Shown here one piece after another: positions 1-12,239 of a DNA stretch of 64,000 bases. Every line of letters starts with the position of its first letter. Position 1 is the first letter of the stretch. Under the pieces are notes generated by a model. The model had not been told where the DNA came from. It saw only the letters and a program-made list of their open reading frames with translations, and searched no databases. Source of the DNA: Pristiophorus japonicus (lineage: Eukaryota); the NCBI RefSeq assembly GCF_044704955.1, contig NC_091984.1:148738001-148802000 (forward strand), in the 5' to 3' direction. The position numbers and the translations under genes were made by a program.

Positions 1-184
1 AACATCCATTGGTGGGGCAGGGCACATGGAGGTTTACTCTGCATTTCAGTGTGCTGCACCTGGGAGTCTGTGGGGAAGGGAGAGAGGGAGGGAGACAGAG
101 TGAGAGAAACAGGGGAGGGACTTGGAGGGAGAGGGACCGAGGGAGAGGGAGGTGAAGAGGGAGGGAGACAGAGCGGGAGAAGAA

Positions 185-281
185 GAGGAAGTGAAATGTG
201 CTGACGTGGCTTTATCTGGGTGAAGACATTTACATACTGAGGGATGGGCAGTGAGACTCTCGCAGGCTGCAGGTTTATAAA
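185..281 (+). promoter_or_regulatory. Promoter of Ig light-chain V gene 1
   Basis: GGAAGTGAAA (Ets-IRF composite-like, ~187-196), TGACGT (202-207), octamer variant ATTTACAT (228-235) and TATAAA (276-281), 60 nt upstream of the leader ATG. The region is homologous to the V2 promoter. Confidence 0.65.
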
Positions 282-340
282 GCAGAGCCCAGTGAAGGGC
301 AGTTTATCAGTAAGCAGGCACAGGGACAGGAGCAGACACC

Positions 341-866
341 ATGATTTCACCTATCCGGCTGATCTGGCCTCTGGCATTCTGCATCGCAGGTACAAATCTC
401 TCTCCTTCCACGTTTAATATCTCCCTGCTGTCGATTTCTGTCCAACTCGACTGACCAGTGATTGAAGGGCAAATGCTGACACTAGAGGAGAGCTCAGCAA
501 TCTCTCATTTTACAGCATCTCTCTGTGACAGTGCTTACTTCATTTTCTTTCCCCATTTCCCCCTCAGGTATCAGTGGGGACATCATCATGACCCAGTCTC
601 CCCCGGTGCTGTCAGTGAGTGAGGGACAGACTGCAATGATCACCTGTACCGCCAGTGCAGGTACTAGCAACCTTGTTGCTTGGTATCAGCAGAAAGCCGG
701 GCAGAAACCCACTCTGCTGATCTATGCGGCAATAAATCGTTTCACTGGAACCTCCAATCGCTTCACCGGCAGTTACCAGTCCAACACGTTCACCCTGAGC
801 ATCAGCAACGTGCAGAGCGAGGATGTCACAGTCTATTACTGTCAGCAATATTACACCTACCCTCTA
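341..866 (+). CDS. IGKV: Ig kappa-type light-chain V segment 1 (leader exon 341-389, V exon 568-866), unrearranged, open frame
   Basis: Leader [17 protein letters not shown] with GT at 390 and AG at 566-567. V exon reads [13 protein letters not shown]...ITC...WYQQ...YYCQQYYTYPL with both Cys and the Trp conserved, matching the shark kappa (NS4) pattern. Confidence 0.95.
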
Positions 867-894
867 CACTGTGATACACAGCTGTACAAAAGCC
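867..894 (+). other. 12-bp-spacer recombination signal sequence of V1
   Basis: CACTGTG (867-873) + 12 nt + ACAAAAGCC (886-894). Confidence 0.92.
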
Positions 895-999
895 TCAATA
901 TACACAGCGCCACCTCCTGTACTGACTCACCCCACAGTTCTATATAATATATAATAATGGACACACAGCCCCACCTCCTGCACCGTGCTGTCGGCCAAT

Positions 1000-1125
1000 A
1001 CCGCCTCCTCCCTCGCATCCTCCCCCGCCCCTCTCCCACCACCCTCTCCCGCCCCCAACACCGCCCCTCTCCCACCCCCAACACCGCCCCTCTCCCACCC
1101 CCAACACCGCCATCAACACCCACCT
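1000..1125. repeat. C-rich ~23-bp tandem repeat
   Basis: About 4 imperfect copies of CACCGCCCCTCTCCCACCCCCAA. Confidence 0.7.
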
Positions 1126-1439
1126 TAAACTGACACACACAGCGGGCAGGACTTATATGGGCACATGACCCCCCACGGGACACATCACCACTGAGGGCAC
1201 ATGTCCCCTGGCCTCACAATGGAAACCATGGCAACACAGAAACTGCAGGGGTGGACCAATTACAGCAAAGTGGTAAGACTGTGCATTTGTGCCTGAGAGA
1301 GCAACGAGAAGAGAGCTTCAATCTCTTTAACCCTTCGATCCCTGGCTGCCGTCTGAAAATTAAGCCCGAGTTGGCAGAGGCAGTGACTACATTATTCCCG
1401 CTGTTATTCTGCGCCCTGCTCATTCATCTCAACCCCTGT

Positions 1440-1635
1440 GTTAATGTTTCTCTGCTCAATGGTACAGCTCCCCACAGCAAATCCAACCAGAGATTCCTCA
1501 GCTGGATGTGAAACATGGAGAAGCAGAGATGGGCATGGACTGTATGGGGCACTAAAAGACCCACTGGCTCCGAACAATAATAAAACACATTGAAAAGGGG
1601 GGGGATGGGACCAGATGATGGGGCAAGTCCGACAA
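1440..1635 (+). mobile_element. Diverged duplicate of the segment following the env-like ORF (copy of ~11730-11942)
   Basis: Direct nucleotide similarity: TTTCTCTGCTCAATGGTAC...GAAACATGGAGAAGCAGAGATGGGCATGGACTGT...GGGCAAGTCCGACAA occurs in both places. Confidence 0.85.
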
Positions 1636-1774
1636 TTAGGCTGGCCTCCCAGGGGGGTGAGAGGTGAGGAACATACCATTATTGTCCACAGGGAAGACGT
1701 GGGGAGAGGGAGAGTGAGGAACTTACCATTATTTTCCCTGGCGGGGAGGAGAGGAGAGGGAGAAGTGCGCAACA

Positions 1775-3420
1775 TCCCCTCCCTTCCTGTTCCCACTTCA
1801 TCAGGACACAAGTCCACTTGGTGTGGAGTGTTCCCAAATGAATAGAGCGCGGAATGGAGAATGAGGCAGCCTGCTCGGTGTCTGTGAAACCCACCAAGCT
1901 GTAGGGGACCCCGCTAGACAGAGGTGAGGTGGCGGGGTTAGCTGCATAGACGAGGGGCTTGATCCATTTCACCTTTTCTCCCCCACGCATCGTACTCGAG
2001 GGAACACAGGTGAACAGGCTGTGCCTGTCCTAGTCACTGTTTTGGCTGGGATGGGGTCGATGGGATTTCGGTACCGGTGGTGGTGGCTACCCTTCCAGGG
2101 CCATCGAGCATTGTTCGGAGCGCAGTCATGAATGTGTCAAATGTGTGGGGAGAGACTGGCTTCTCGGTCTTGGTCTTTTGGGCAGGGGCTGGAGAATTCT
2201 TCACTGCACTACTCTTCCATGGATTCCTACAATCCTTTCTCCAGTGCCCACTCTTTCCGCACCCGAAACAGGTACGCTTCGTATCGGAGGGATTTCTCCC
2301 CTCCTGGCGCCTTTCCCTCTTATTCTGACTAGGTCTGATTTCGTGGGCCCTTCCCTTGGGTGGGTGCTCTTCCGTCCCCCTGCCGTTCCGGTAGGTGAGG
2401 GTCAGTTGCCTGACCACTCCCTGTTCGGTGGCCTGGGGATCTCTCGGGTCAAACCAGGCCTCAGCCTTTGCTCTTATTCGTGGCGAACTGTTTGTTGCCA
2501 GGCTTTAGAGCCAGTGGGCTCTCTCTCGTCCCGGTTTACGTGATTCCGGTTGAGGTCCCCTTCACAGCCGCTCTGGTACACAGGCCACAGTTGGTCTGTG
2601 AAAGCCTGTGGGGTTTTCCCTTGAGCTGCACTGTCTTCTCTACTCTGGAGAAGGGACTCCCGTCATTACAGCCCATGGCTTCTAGAATATCTTCTTGGAC
2701 GGTGGCATATGTCCTCTGCCCCCTTTTACTCTCGGCAGAGAGGGACTGGTACTGCTTGCCGCCCAGTGAGAGGAGGAGCATTTTTGCTATCTCAGCATCA
2801 TCATACCCGTCAATATCCCCTGCCTGATCCACTTCCACAAAGTGAGCCGAGGGGTCTCCCTTTGGTGTGAGCTTTCCCAGGTGACTTATCATAGCCCTAA
2901 GCTGTTGGGTAGTGTGGGGAACCACAAATTGACTTTCCAGGGGCCCCTGATCCCCAGCACCGGTGGGCGGGCCAAACCGGACACATCGGCCCCGGCTCTG
3001 GCTCTTCCTGCTATGGCTCACCCACCCCTCCCTGCTGCCAGACCGAGCTGAACCTCGGCGCCACAGGTGGTGGTGGTGGTCCGCTATCCCTGTCCACCCC
3101 ACAACCCGTCCACCCCTCCTGCTGCCGAACCGGTATAGTCACCGGCACCACAGGTGGTGGTTGAACAGTTTCCTCATTCTCTTCCAGGTTTACCCGGGCC
3201 GTACCCGGGTTTATTAGGCATACTATGCCTTTTGCCTTGGACAGAGCAAGGGTAAAACTCTTGATTTGTTGCTGGCAGGGACCGTGGTCTCCCGACTCAA
3301 ACCCATTAGTGCTGGCTACTTTATAAGCTCCTGTACATCTCTTAACTTCTTCTCCAGCTCTTTTACTTGAAGGGTAAGGCGAGTATTTTCCTCCCGCAGT
3401 AACTTTTCATTATTCTTAAC
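1775..3420 (-). pseudogene. gag: Partial second copy of ERV gag/protease (paralog of ~7333-8790)
   Basis: Near-identical to 7333-8790. Contains the CFGCGKSGHWRKDC zinc knuckle and capsid-like LRAMISHLGKL..., with frameshifts. Confidence 0.9.
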
Positions 3421-3424
3421 TTTG

Positions 3425-4015
3425 GTACTGAAAATAGTCCTTCCTCTTCATCTTGCCATTGCCTGGCGAAGGCGATTGATATGCCTGCGGGACAGATCTC
3501 CTCTGACCCCAATACAGACATAAATTCCCTGTTCAGACTCCCACCACTTGTTCCAACACATTTCACTCCTCCCCGTGTCCCCGTGGTGGTATGGTACATA
3601 TCATTACCGAGTCTTTTCTACTCATATTCCTGGTTGCATGCATTTTTGCTCAGCTTCCTGAGCCACTCAGGGGAATCTGCCCTTGACAAGTCAAACACAC
3701 ATGTTTGCCCTCCGTAACACTGACCCGCGCAGCAACGACCCGTATCCCGGGGCATGGAGTGGAGGCCTCCCCACAGGTAAACCCTTCCTGGCTGGAGTAG
3801 CGGGTGGAATTAGACCCCAGCCACCCTGGCCACCTCTCTTCGTGGGCGTAAACGGTGAGCTCTTCCACACCCGGTGTACCATCCCCTACAGTCCCGATCG
3901 GTGCTCTCTCTCCTGAACACCCATAAATGAGGGATTCTTCCACGTATCCTCGGCCGCCGCTGCTCATCCTTATCAAGGCGAGCAGGAATAGGACCCTTCC
4001 CATGTTGTTCTTCCT
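3425..4015 (-). pseudogene. env: env-like glycoprotein gene fragment (copy B) with upstream splice acceptor
   Basis: Acceptor TTTTTTATGTGCCCCTACAG (AG 4015-4014), ATG at 4003, signal-like MGRVLFLLALIRMSSG. Shares WPGWLGSNSTxYS and VxVxEGxxVCLxC with the ORF at 10906. Lies 3' of integrase in the same orientation. Confidence 0.7.
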
Positions 4016-4519
4016 GTAGGGGCACATAAAAAATATTGTCCAGCCCTGAGAAAAGCTCTCTGGCTTGACAAAAGGTGATCGAGTTCCAATTTGGGCTCAT
4101 TCCTTCTCGGAGAACACAATTAAGTCTTTAATCGACTGGCTATCTTTTCCAGTTCCTGTAGCGACTGATGTCTGTTATCAACTTTTGTTTCATCTTACTC
4201 TTATCGATCTTGTAGTGACTCTTTTACGGCCTACAAGATGGGGTCTTTTCCTTTCCCCAAGGAATGTTACCTGTGCTTCCTTCAAATACTACTAGGTCTA
4301 TGTCACTAATTTGGCACCGGCTGGTGTCCGGAACTCTTCCATTACCTATTTATACAAATGCTTTTATCCTATTTTACTCGTTTCACTACTTCCACACGCG
4401 TGGTTTACTTTTGGTCGTGGTGACCCGAACAAAAAAACCTTAGACTCATAATCCTACACTATGCTCGATTCTTCTCATCCTAATTATGTACATCTGCCAC
4501 CCATCTCCGGGTGGCCAGG

Positions 4520-7500
4520 TTAATTTCTGTTCTTATCCTTTCTTCTTGAGCCTCTGGGTTTCCAGCGAGGCCGGTAGTAAGTCGGCCTGTACCGCAGGAC
4601 CCGGAGTGTCCTGACCGGACGTGGGTCTGAGTCCCACACTATTGGGGGAACGTCCCCTCCGGTGCTGCAGCAAACCGCCTCTTTGGGGGTGGCTGCATGG
4701 TTCATTGTGTAACCTGAGGGTTCTACCTGGTCGAGGGCTGCGGGCTGGGGACTCACAATTATTGGCTGGTCCACGACTATCTCTTCCGGGTGTCCTTCAT
4801 CGCCCAAGGCTACTGGCTGGGTGTCCCTGTGTGCAGGCTGGTCCCTGATCCTAGGTACCACTTTGCGGCTGGTCCCTCTCCCGGGGCTGAACCACTTAAA
4901 TTGGGGTGCTGGGGACCACGGTGTCTTAGGCCGTGGCGTGTGGAGAGTCCTTCTCAGGGTTCTGACTACTGGGGGTGCATCCGAGTCCCAAATGATTGGG
5001 GGGATAGCTCCTCCAGTAACACAGTCCACCTTCTCTCTGGGTGCAATCTGTGGGTCTGCCACATCTCTTGTGGGATCTCTGCAGTCGGGAGCTGCTGGCT
5101 GAGGATCCCTGCCTTCTGTACGGTTCACTGTTTCTGGCTGTCCCTTACACTTAGCTGCTATCCCGGGGTTAAACAGTTTGCACTGGTTTATGTGGAACCA
5201 CTTTGTTCGGCGGGGCATTTTCATGGCATAGACCATGGGGCTTTCCTTGTCGACAATGTGGTACGATCCCATGTACAGTGCCTCAAAAATCCCCATCTCT
5301 AGCGTAGTTCCTTACCATGACCTGGTCCCCTACCTCCCATTCGTGGTGTTTGCGGGGTTCTAGCAGCATTCGGTTGCTCCGATGCTGTTTTCCCATGTTG
5401 TTAGCAGCCTGCCAGTAAATCTGTTGAAGGTGTTCAAACAGATTCCTGACAAAGCTGTCCTGGCTTGCTTCCCTGAGCTGATTTTCCGTGAGTACCGGGG
5501 CTAATACATGGGTGGGGGTCCACATGGCTCTGCCGGTCATGAGCTCGTACAGGGAGTACCCCGTGCTCTTTGACTGGCTAGCCCAGATCCCCATGAGGAC
5601 CAGTGGTAGGAACACGAGCCACTTCTTGGGTGAGCCCCCCATCTCCTTATGTAAGCTTTCCTTTATAGTGCGGTTTAAACACTCCACAGGCCCGGATGAC
5701 TGCGGGTTGTGGGCGACATGCCATTTCTCCTCGATGCCGAGCACCTTAAGGGTCTCCTGCATCATCTGCCCGGTGAAGTGATTCCCTTGGTCGGACTCCA
5801 CATACTGGGGTAGTCCCCATCGGGAGAACACCTCCCTTACCAGGAATCTAGCTGTTCCCAGAGCAGTGGCTGTTCTGCATGGGAAAGTTTCCACCCATTT
5901 GGTGAATACATCCACCAACACTAGGCAGTACTCTGGCATCCCTGGGCAAAGGGCAGGGGATCGATGTAATCGACCTGGATCGACTGCCAGGGTCCCTCTA
6001 CCCTCCTGATATATCCCAGAGACACCTTCCTTTTCTGGGGGTCGGGGTTCTTGACAGCGCACACCAGACATCTTCCCTGAGTCCCGGCCACCACCCTGCC
6101 TGTTCCACCCGTTGCCAGGTGGTCTCAGGTCCGGGGTGTCCTGCTCCTGGACCCCCGTGGGCCAGCTGGAGGAATTCTCTCCGGTGTTGTTGCGGTACCA
6201 CCCATTGCTCCCCCCTGAACAGCATGCCTTCTCTAATGACAATCGCTGCTGTGCCGTCCGGGCTGCCTACCTTTTCCCCTTTAGCTAGCATGTTCAGGAC
6301 TGTTTTGAGGACGGGGTCTTGGGCCTGAGCTGTTTTCAGGTCCGGGGGCAATGCTACCCCTGCCTTCACTGTCGTCCTAAACCTGCATCTGACTGCTGTG
6401 ATGGGGCCTGGGTTGTACAGATCCAGCGCACACAGCCAGTCCCAGGAATTTTACTTCTTTCTGGCAGATCTGTGCCTTCTTGGGATTCATTTTAAACCCT
6501 TCTTCTTTCAGCAGCTCCAGCAGCTCAGCCAACAGTGGGCCATGCTCCTCCCCCTCCTCAGTGAATTGGAGCAGGTCGTCCACATACTGTACCAGTTGCT
6601 GGGGTCTGCTGAAGCTCTTTAAACAGTTGGCCATACATTGGTGGAAAATGCTAGGGCTGTTGTGGAAGCCCTGAGGGAGACAGTTCCAAGTGTATTGCTG
6701 GCCTTTAAAGGTAAAAGCAAACTTGTACTGGTCTTCCCTCCTTAAAGGTATGGACCAGAACCCGTTGGAAATATCCAGCACCATGAAGGTGGTTGTGGAG
6801 GCTGGGATACTTCCAATGAGGTCGGCAACAGCAGCAACAGTGGGTGCACAGGCGGGGATGCTACGGTTGAGTACTCGATAATCCACCTTGGCTCTCCAGG
6901 AGTTGTCTGACCACAATGGAGAGTTCAAATGAGTAGCTATGGGTCTCAATACCCACTGTTTAACCAAAGAACCCAAGGATGTTTCCATGTCTGCCTCCGC
7001 CTCCCTGGGGAAGTTGTACTGTTTCTGTGGTCGGGTCATGGGGTCCCCATCTATGCTAAACTCAACCCCGTTTATCCTCCCACAGTTGTGTTTGTGAGTG
7101 GCAAAAGCTGCAAGGTTTGCCCTCACATACTCTTTGTACTCCATCGGAGTGTTACTGACCAGTGATTCAAGGTAATGCCCTCCTTTGGCTTCATGGTGCA
7201 CATCGTCCCTTTTCCCCGTTTCTCTGGGATAACCACCACCTCACTCTCCTGTCCCGTACATACTGCCCCCCAAAGACAGTGGTTCCTTAAATCCACTAGG
7301 ATCCCGTGGCCTAGAACGAAGTCAGCCCTAGGATGCCCCTCCCTTCCTGTTCCCACTTCCTCAGGACACAAGTGCACTTGGTGTGGAGTGTTCCCAAATG
7401 AATAGAGAGCGGAACGGAGAATGAGCCAGCCTGCGCGCCGCCTGTAAAAACCCACCAAGCTGTAGGGGACCCCGCTAGACAGAGATGAGGTGGTGGGGTT

Positions 7501-7572
7501 AACTGCATAGTTGAGGGTGCTTGAGGCACCGGTATCCAGCAGATAAGTCCCTTTCACCTTTTCCACTTCCAT
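4520..7572 (-). pseudogene. pol: Retrovirus-type pol (protease, RT, integrase with long C-terminal extension; RNase H region largely deleted), frameshifted
   Basis: YLLDTGAS (PR). PQKQY, LDISNGFWSIPL, LPQGFHNSP, QYVDDLL (RT). AHGGPGAGH..WWPGL (HHCC), VDVFTKW, SDQGNHF, PQSSGPVE (IN), and a degenerate GPY/F module MGSYHIV..WFHINQCK. Confidence 0.93.
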
Positions 7573-7641
7573 CTGTACGGTCAGTCTCCCCCATGCATCG
7601 TACTCGAGGGAACAGAGGTGAACAAGCTGAGCCTGTCCTAG

Positions 7642-9257
7642 TCACTGTTTTGGATGGGATGGGGTAGATGGGATTTCAGTACCAGTGGCGATGGCTACCC
7701 TCCCAGGGCCATCTAACATTGTTTGGAGCGCAGTCATGAATGTGTCAAACGTGTGAGGAGAGACTGGCTTCTCGGTCTCGGTCTTTTGGGCAGGGGTTGG
7801 AGAATTCTTTCCTGCGCTACTCTTCCATGGGTTTCTACAATGCTTTCTCCAGTGCCCACTCTTTCCGCACCCGAAACAGGTACGTTTTGTATCAGAGGGG
7901 TTGACCCCTCCTGGCACCATTCCCTCTTATCCTGACTAGGTCTGATTTCGTGGGCCCTTCCCTTGGGTGAGTGCTCTTCCGTCCACCTGCCGTTCCGGTA
8001 GGCTAGGGTCAGTTGCCTGACCAGTCCCTGTTCGGTGGCCTGGGGATCTCTCGGGTCAAACCAGGCCTCAGCCTTTGTTCTGATCAATGGCAGAGAGGGA
8101 CTGGTACAGCTTGCCGTCCAGTGAGAGAAGGAGCATTTTTGCTATGTCAGCATCATCACACCCGTTAATATCCCCTGCCTGATCCACTTCCATAAAGTGA
8201 ACCGCGGCGTCTCCCTTCGGAGTGAGCTTTCCCAGGTGACTTATCATAGCCCTAAGCTGTTGGGTAGTGTGGGGAACCACAAATTGACTTTCCAGGGGCC
8301 CCTGACCCCCAGCACCGGTGGGCGGGCCAAACTTCTGTTGCTGGACCGGGCACATCGGTCCCGGCTCTGGCTCTTCCTGCTCTGGCTCGCCCACCCCTCC
8401 CTGCTGCCAGACCGAGCTGAACCTCGGCGTCACAGGTGGTGGTGGTGGTCCGCTATCCCTGTCCACCCCACAACCCGTCCACCCCTCCTGCTGCCGAACC
8501 GGTATAGTCACCGGCACCACAGGTGATGGTCGAATAGATTCCTCCTTCTCTTCCAGGTTTACCCGGGCCGTACCCGGGTTTATTAGGCATACCATGCCAT
8601 TGGCCTTGGACAGAGCAAGGGTAAAACTCTTGGTCTGTTGCTGGCAGGGACCGTGGTCTCCCGACTCAAATCCATTAGTGCTCGCTACTTTGTAAGTTGC
8701 CTGTACGTCTCTTAACTTCTCCTCCTGCTCGTTTACTTGAAGGGTAAGCGAGTATTTTCCTCGCACAGTATCTTTTCATTATTCTTAGCCTCTGTGACCT
8801 GACACTGTAAATAGTCCTGGCTGTTCTTGAATCTCTCCATTAGCTGCGCCTTTCCATGCTTCAGCTTACGGAATTCTCCCCATAACCTTTTTCTTGCCAC
8901 AGCCCTTTCATGTGATATTTCTGCACATTCCCATAGTTCTGCCTGTAGTGACTCAATGTTCTTGTCTCGGAGTTGGAGCTGTCGTTGTAAACAGGCCAAC
9001 CAAATAGCCTTTTCTACCGATTCGTTATTGTCTTTGCTTGCAGTCCACTGGGCCGCAGCGTCTCCCGGATGCTCAGCGCGCAACAGACTAAGCACCCATT
9101 CCTTAGTGACATTCACTTTCTTATACACATAGGAGGAAATCCTCTCTTCCATCTTGGTTCTTTCCTCCAAAACAGCACTCTCTGCATCACATAATTTATA
9201 CCAAAGTCCTGCCGCGGTCGCCATTCTGTAGGGGTTGGCCTCGGGGATCAGATTCAC
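7642..9257 (-). pseudogene. gag: ERV gag with N-terminal coiled-coil region, Pro-rich linker, capsid-like region and CCHC knuckle
   Basis: ORF pieces 8733-9257 (heptad-rich LQRQLQLRDKNIESLQAELWE...), 8068-8766 and 7642-7920 (CFGCGKSGHWRKHC). Confidence 0.85.
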
Positions 9258-9295
9258 CTCTGACCTTCTGAGCAGTTCAAATCGCTCCCACTCCC

Positions 9296-10716
9296 TGTGT
9301 TCTAGACTTTGGATTTAATTGGGGACATGACAAAGTGCAAGAGACAACTGGTTTTGGTGCAAAGAACTTCGATTTTATTAAGGACAAGAAAGTACAATGT
9401 CAGAACTTGCAATCATTAGAATAAAGAACACTTCATCACACGTTCAAAAGGGGTTACAGAAAATAATACACCTCCCACCTCCCAATGCCTGAAACTCCAG
9501 GGCAAACAGGGATCATGCTCACTCGTCCTCTTATTGTCAGTTGGCGGTGTTTCACAATTTAGGGATCGCTGGACTCTGAAGCTTCTGCTTGCCGTACTTC
9601 GAACGTTGTAGACGACTTCTTACTGCATAATCTTTAGTTGGGTGGTGTCCGCTGATGCGGTAGGGTGCATATTGCACTTATGGGGTGAGTACTCACTTTT
9701 CTTCTGTCAGCAATCGGTTATAAAGTTCTTTAGGTAATGTTTCACCTGTTGGTAGCTAGGAACAGATTGTAGAGTGGAAACTTTCGAATCTTTTGTTTCT
9801 TCTTGAGGAGCTTTGTTCTTGGAGTTTAACGATCGCGGTGGTTTTGATATTACCACGTTGGCTGTGGTCAGTTGCTGCCGCGATGGCGATGTCCGAAATT
9901 ACTGGAACTGCTTTTCTCTGCCTTGGTATGTTCTCCCTTCTTCTTCGGTAGCAGAGCAGTGTAGCCCAGGAATGTCGTCGCGGCTGAAGATGTTGATGTT
10001 CAGAAGAGTTGCATCGAAGGTTGTGTAGCAAGCTCTCTGGAAGGCTCGTTAAAACTGCTATGGTGGTCTCTCTCCTTTTCCTCTCCTTCCCCTGCCCTCA
10101 ATCGTTAAAACCAAGGCCCCAGTTATACTTTGGGAGCTGTTCTGATCTGCGTGCCAAATCAGCCCCGATTCTTTGTCTTAATTTTGGTGGGCTTGATATT
10201 TCTTTGTCATATTTTGGCGGGCCCAATAATGGTAACCTGTCTCGGATGTGTCGATCTGTCGAATTTGTTTCTTGATCGGGAAAAATTAGTTTTGGTATTT
10301 GCGATATCTGCCTAGGCCTGGGTTTTCCATGCGGGCTGGATGGGCCAATGTCATTATCTATGCGCTGGAATGGGTTTCCTGCTCAGAGCGATGGCTGGCT
10401 GCCTCTGGGTTGATTGTTGCTATGTTAACGTCTCCTGGAGAGAAGGGTTTTCGAGTTTACACAATTCCCCAGACAATTTGCTTTAGCTTCAATACCCCAG
10501 ACAGCTTCAATACCCAAAACTGGTTTCTTTGGAGGATAGTTATCCTTTAGTTTTCATCCCTTTTCACACAGACCCAATATGTCTTGTAAAATCCCAAATT
10601 CGATTAAAACTCGTAGTTTCTTCCATATGCATTTTAGGATCCCAAACTTTCTGGCTGATAGTTCCAAATTTAATTTCCTTTCCAATGAGTCCAAATACTG
10701 GGGGGGTTTTCCCACA
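9296..10716 (-). mobile_element. Long LTR-like non-coding segment
   Basis: On the minus strand it begins TGTGGG and ends ...CTAGAACACA, with AATAAA (9374-9379) ~80 nt from the end. No TSD or PBS found. Confidence 0.4.
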
Positions 10717-10867
10717 AATTTTGCAATCCTACACAAGCATCGGGATAAAAGGAGAGGGAAGCAGTGATTGTAAAAAGGAGTTATGTACATTTGTGAATAA
10801 CTGAAGAAGGACCTGTGAGGGGGAGGCCCCACAGAGCAAAAGTATTTATTTCATTTTTGTCTTTATA

Positions 10868-11942
10868 GGAGCGAATCGAGCCAAGGGTACGAGAGGAGGT
10901 GGACGTTGTGGATAGGCCTGTGGATGGCCATTATTATTAAAGGATTGGGAGATCGGGGAGACACCGAGACATTCCTTACACACGGGTGTATGGGAGGAAC
11001 CGGCCCCACTGTAACTCAAGGGGGAGCCATACGGAGCAACAAGGGCACAAACACCTCTGCTCACACTGGGAGCTGGCCAGGGTGGTTAGGGTCAAATTCG
11101 ACCAAGTACTCCAGACAAACCGAGGGTAAACTTGGGGAGGTGTCAGTGTCCTGCCCCAGGCTAAACATCACGGCCAGGAATGTACGGGTGAGAGAGGGGA
11201 GACGAGTTTGTCTGGAATGTAAAGGGATTACCCCCATGGGAGGGTGGTGGTGGTTACAGAAAACAGACAGGGGAAAAGTTAATGCATCCACAGAATGGGA
11301 GAAACTGGGTAATAACTCAAACAGGCGGAGCACAGGAACAAGAGAAGGGGTGAAATTGTGTTGGGGAAAAAGGTGGAAGGCGGAACAAGCGATTTGTGTC
11401 TGTGTAGTTGGATCTAGCCACAAGTGCTGGGGAGGTGTGGCGATTGTTTTTAAACAACAATGCCAGGATTCCGGGTCAGGAATGAATTGGACGCAGGGTT
11501 TTGATTCTTGCGTGACCTTGAACCCGCCAAAAACAGTCAACACAACCGAGCTGATCGCGAACAGATTAAAACCTCTCCCTAAAATGCTGGAGATTCCAAA
11601 CCAAGAAATTCCATGTCCTATCCTAAATCCAGGGCCTAAGAACGGGCTGGTGTTAATCCCAACAGGGAAAATGTTGTATCATACTGTGTATTATGAAGTA
11701 GTGTCGGTTATTCTAAATTTAACAGAGTTATAATTTCTCTGCTCAATGGTACTGCTCCCCACGGCAAATCCAACCAGAGAGATTTCTCAGCTGGCTGTGA
11801 AACATGGAGAAGCAGAGATGGGCATGGACTGTGTGGGGGCACTAAAGGACCCACTGGCTCCGACCAATAATAAAACAGTAGGTAAGGACACGGTGAAAAG
11901 TGGGGGATGGGATCAGATGATGGACCTGGGCAAGTCCGACAA
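10868..11942 (+). pseudogene. env: env-like glycoprotein gene (copy A), open for 275 codons (10906-11733)
   Basis: Acceptor TTTCATTTTTGTCTTTATAG (AG 10867-10868), hydrophobic N-terminus, several N-X-S/T sequons (NTS, NST, NIT, NAS, NNS, NWT, NTT, NLT), Cys-rich, homologous to copy B. Confidence 0.7.
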
Positions 11943-12239
11943 GGAGGCTGTCCTGCCGGCCAGAGCAATGGTGAAATACGCTGGCCTCAGCCTGCCTGGC
12001 ATTGTGGAAGGGCAGGCAGCTCCGATCATTACCGTCCCAGACTGTCAGCCAATCACCGTGGCTTCCTCCTTCGGAGAGCTGTTCAAATCTCCACGGGTTT
12101 CACAGCTGCAGCTCACAGACACGCTGGTGAGCAGATTGTTGGGGTGTTTGCTCTACACTTGTCCAGTTGCTGTGTGTCACGGGCCTGGGCAACATTACAA
12201 TTGGAGCCCATTACTGGTCTCATAAAGTGACGGGCACAT

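Noticed and set aside
9296-10716. Cognate 5' LTR of the adjacent gag-pol
   Set aside because: No PBS or leader between it and gag, and no matching 3' LTR in the window. Kept only as LTR-like.
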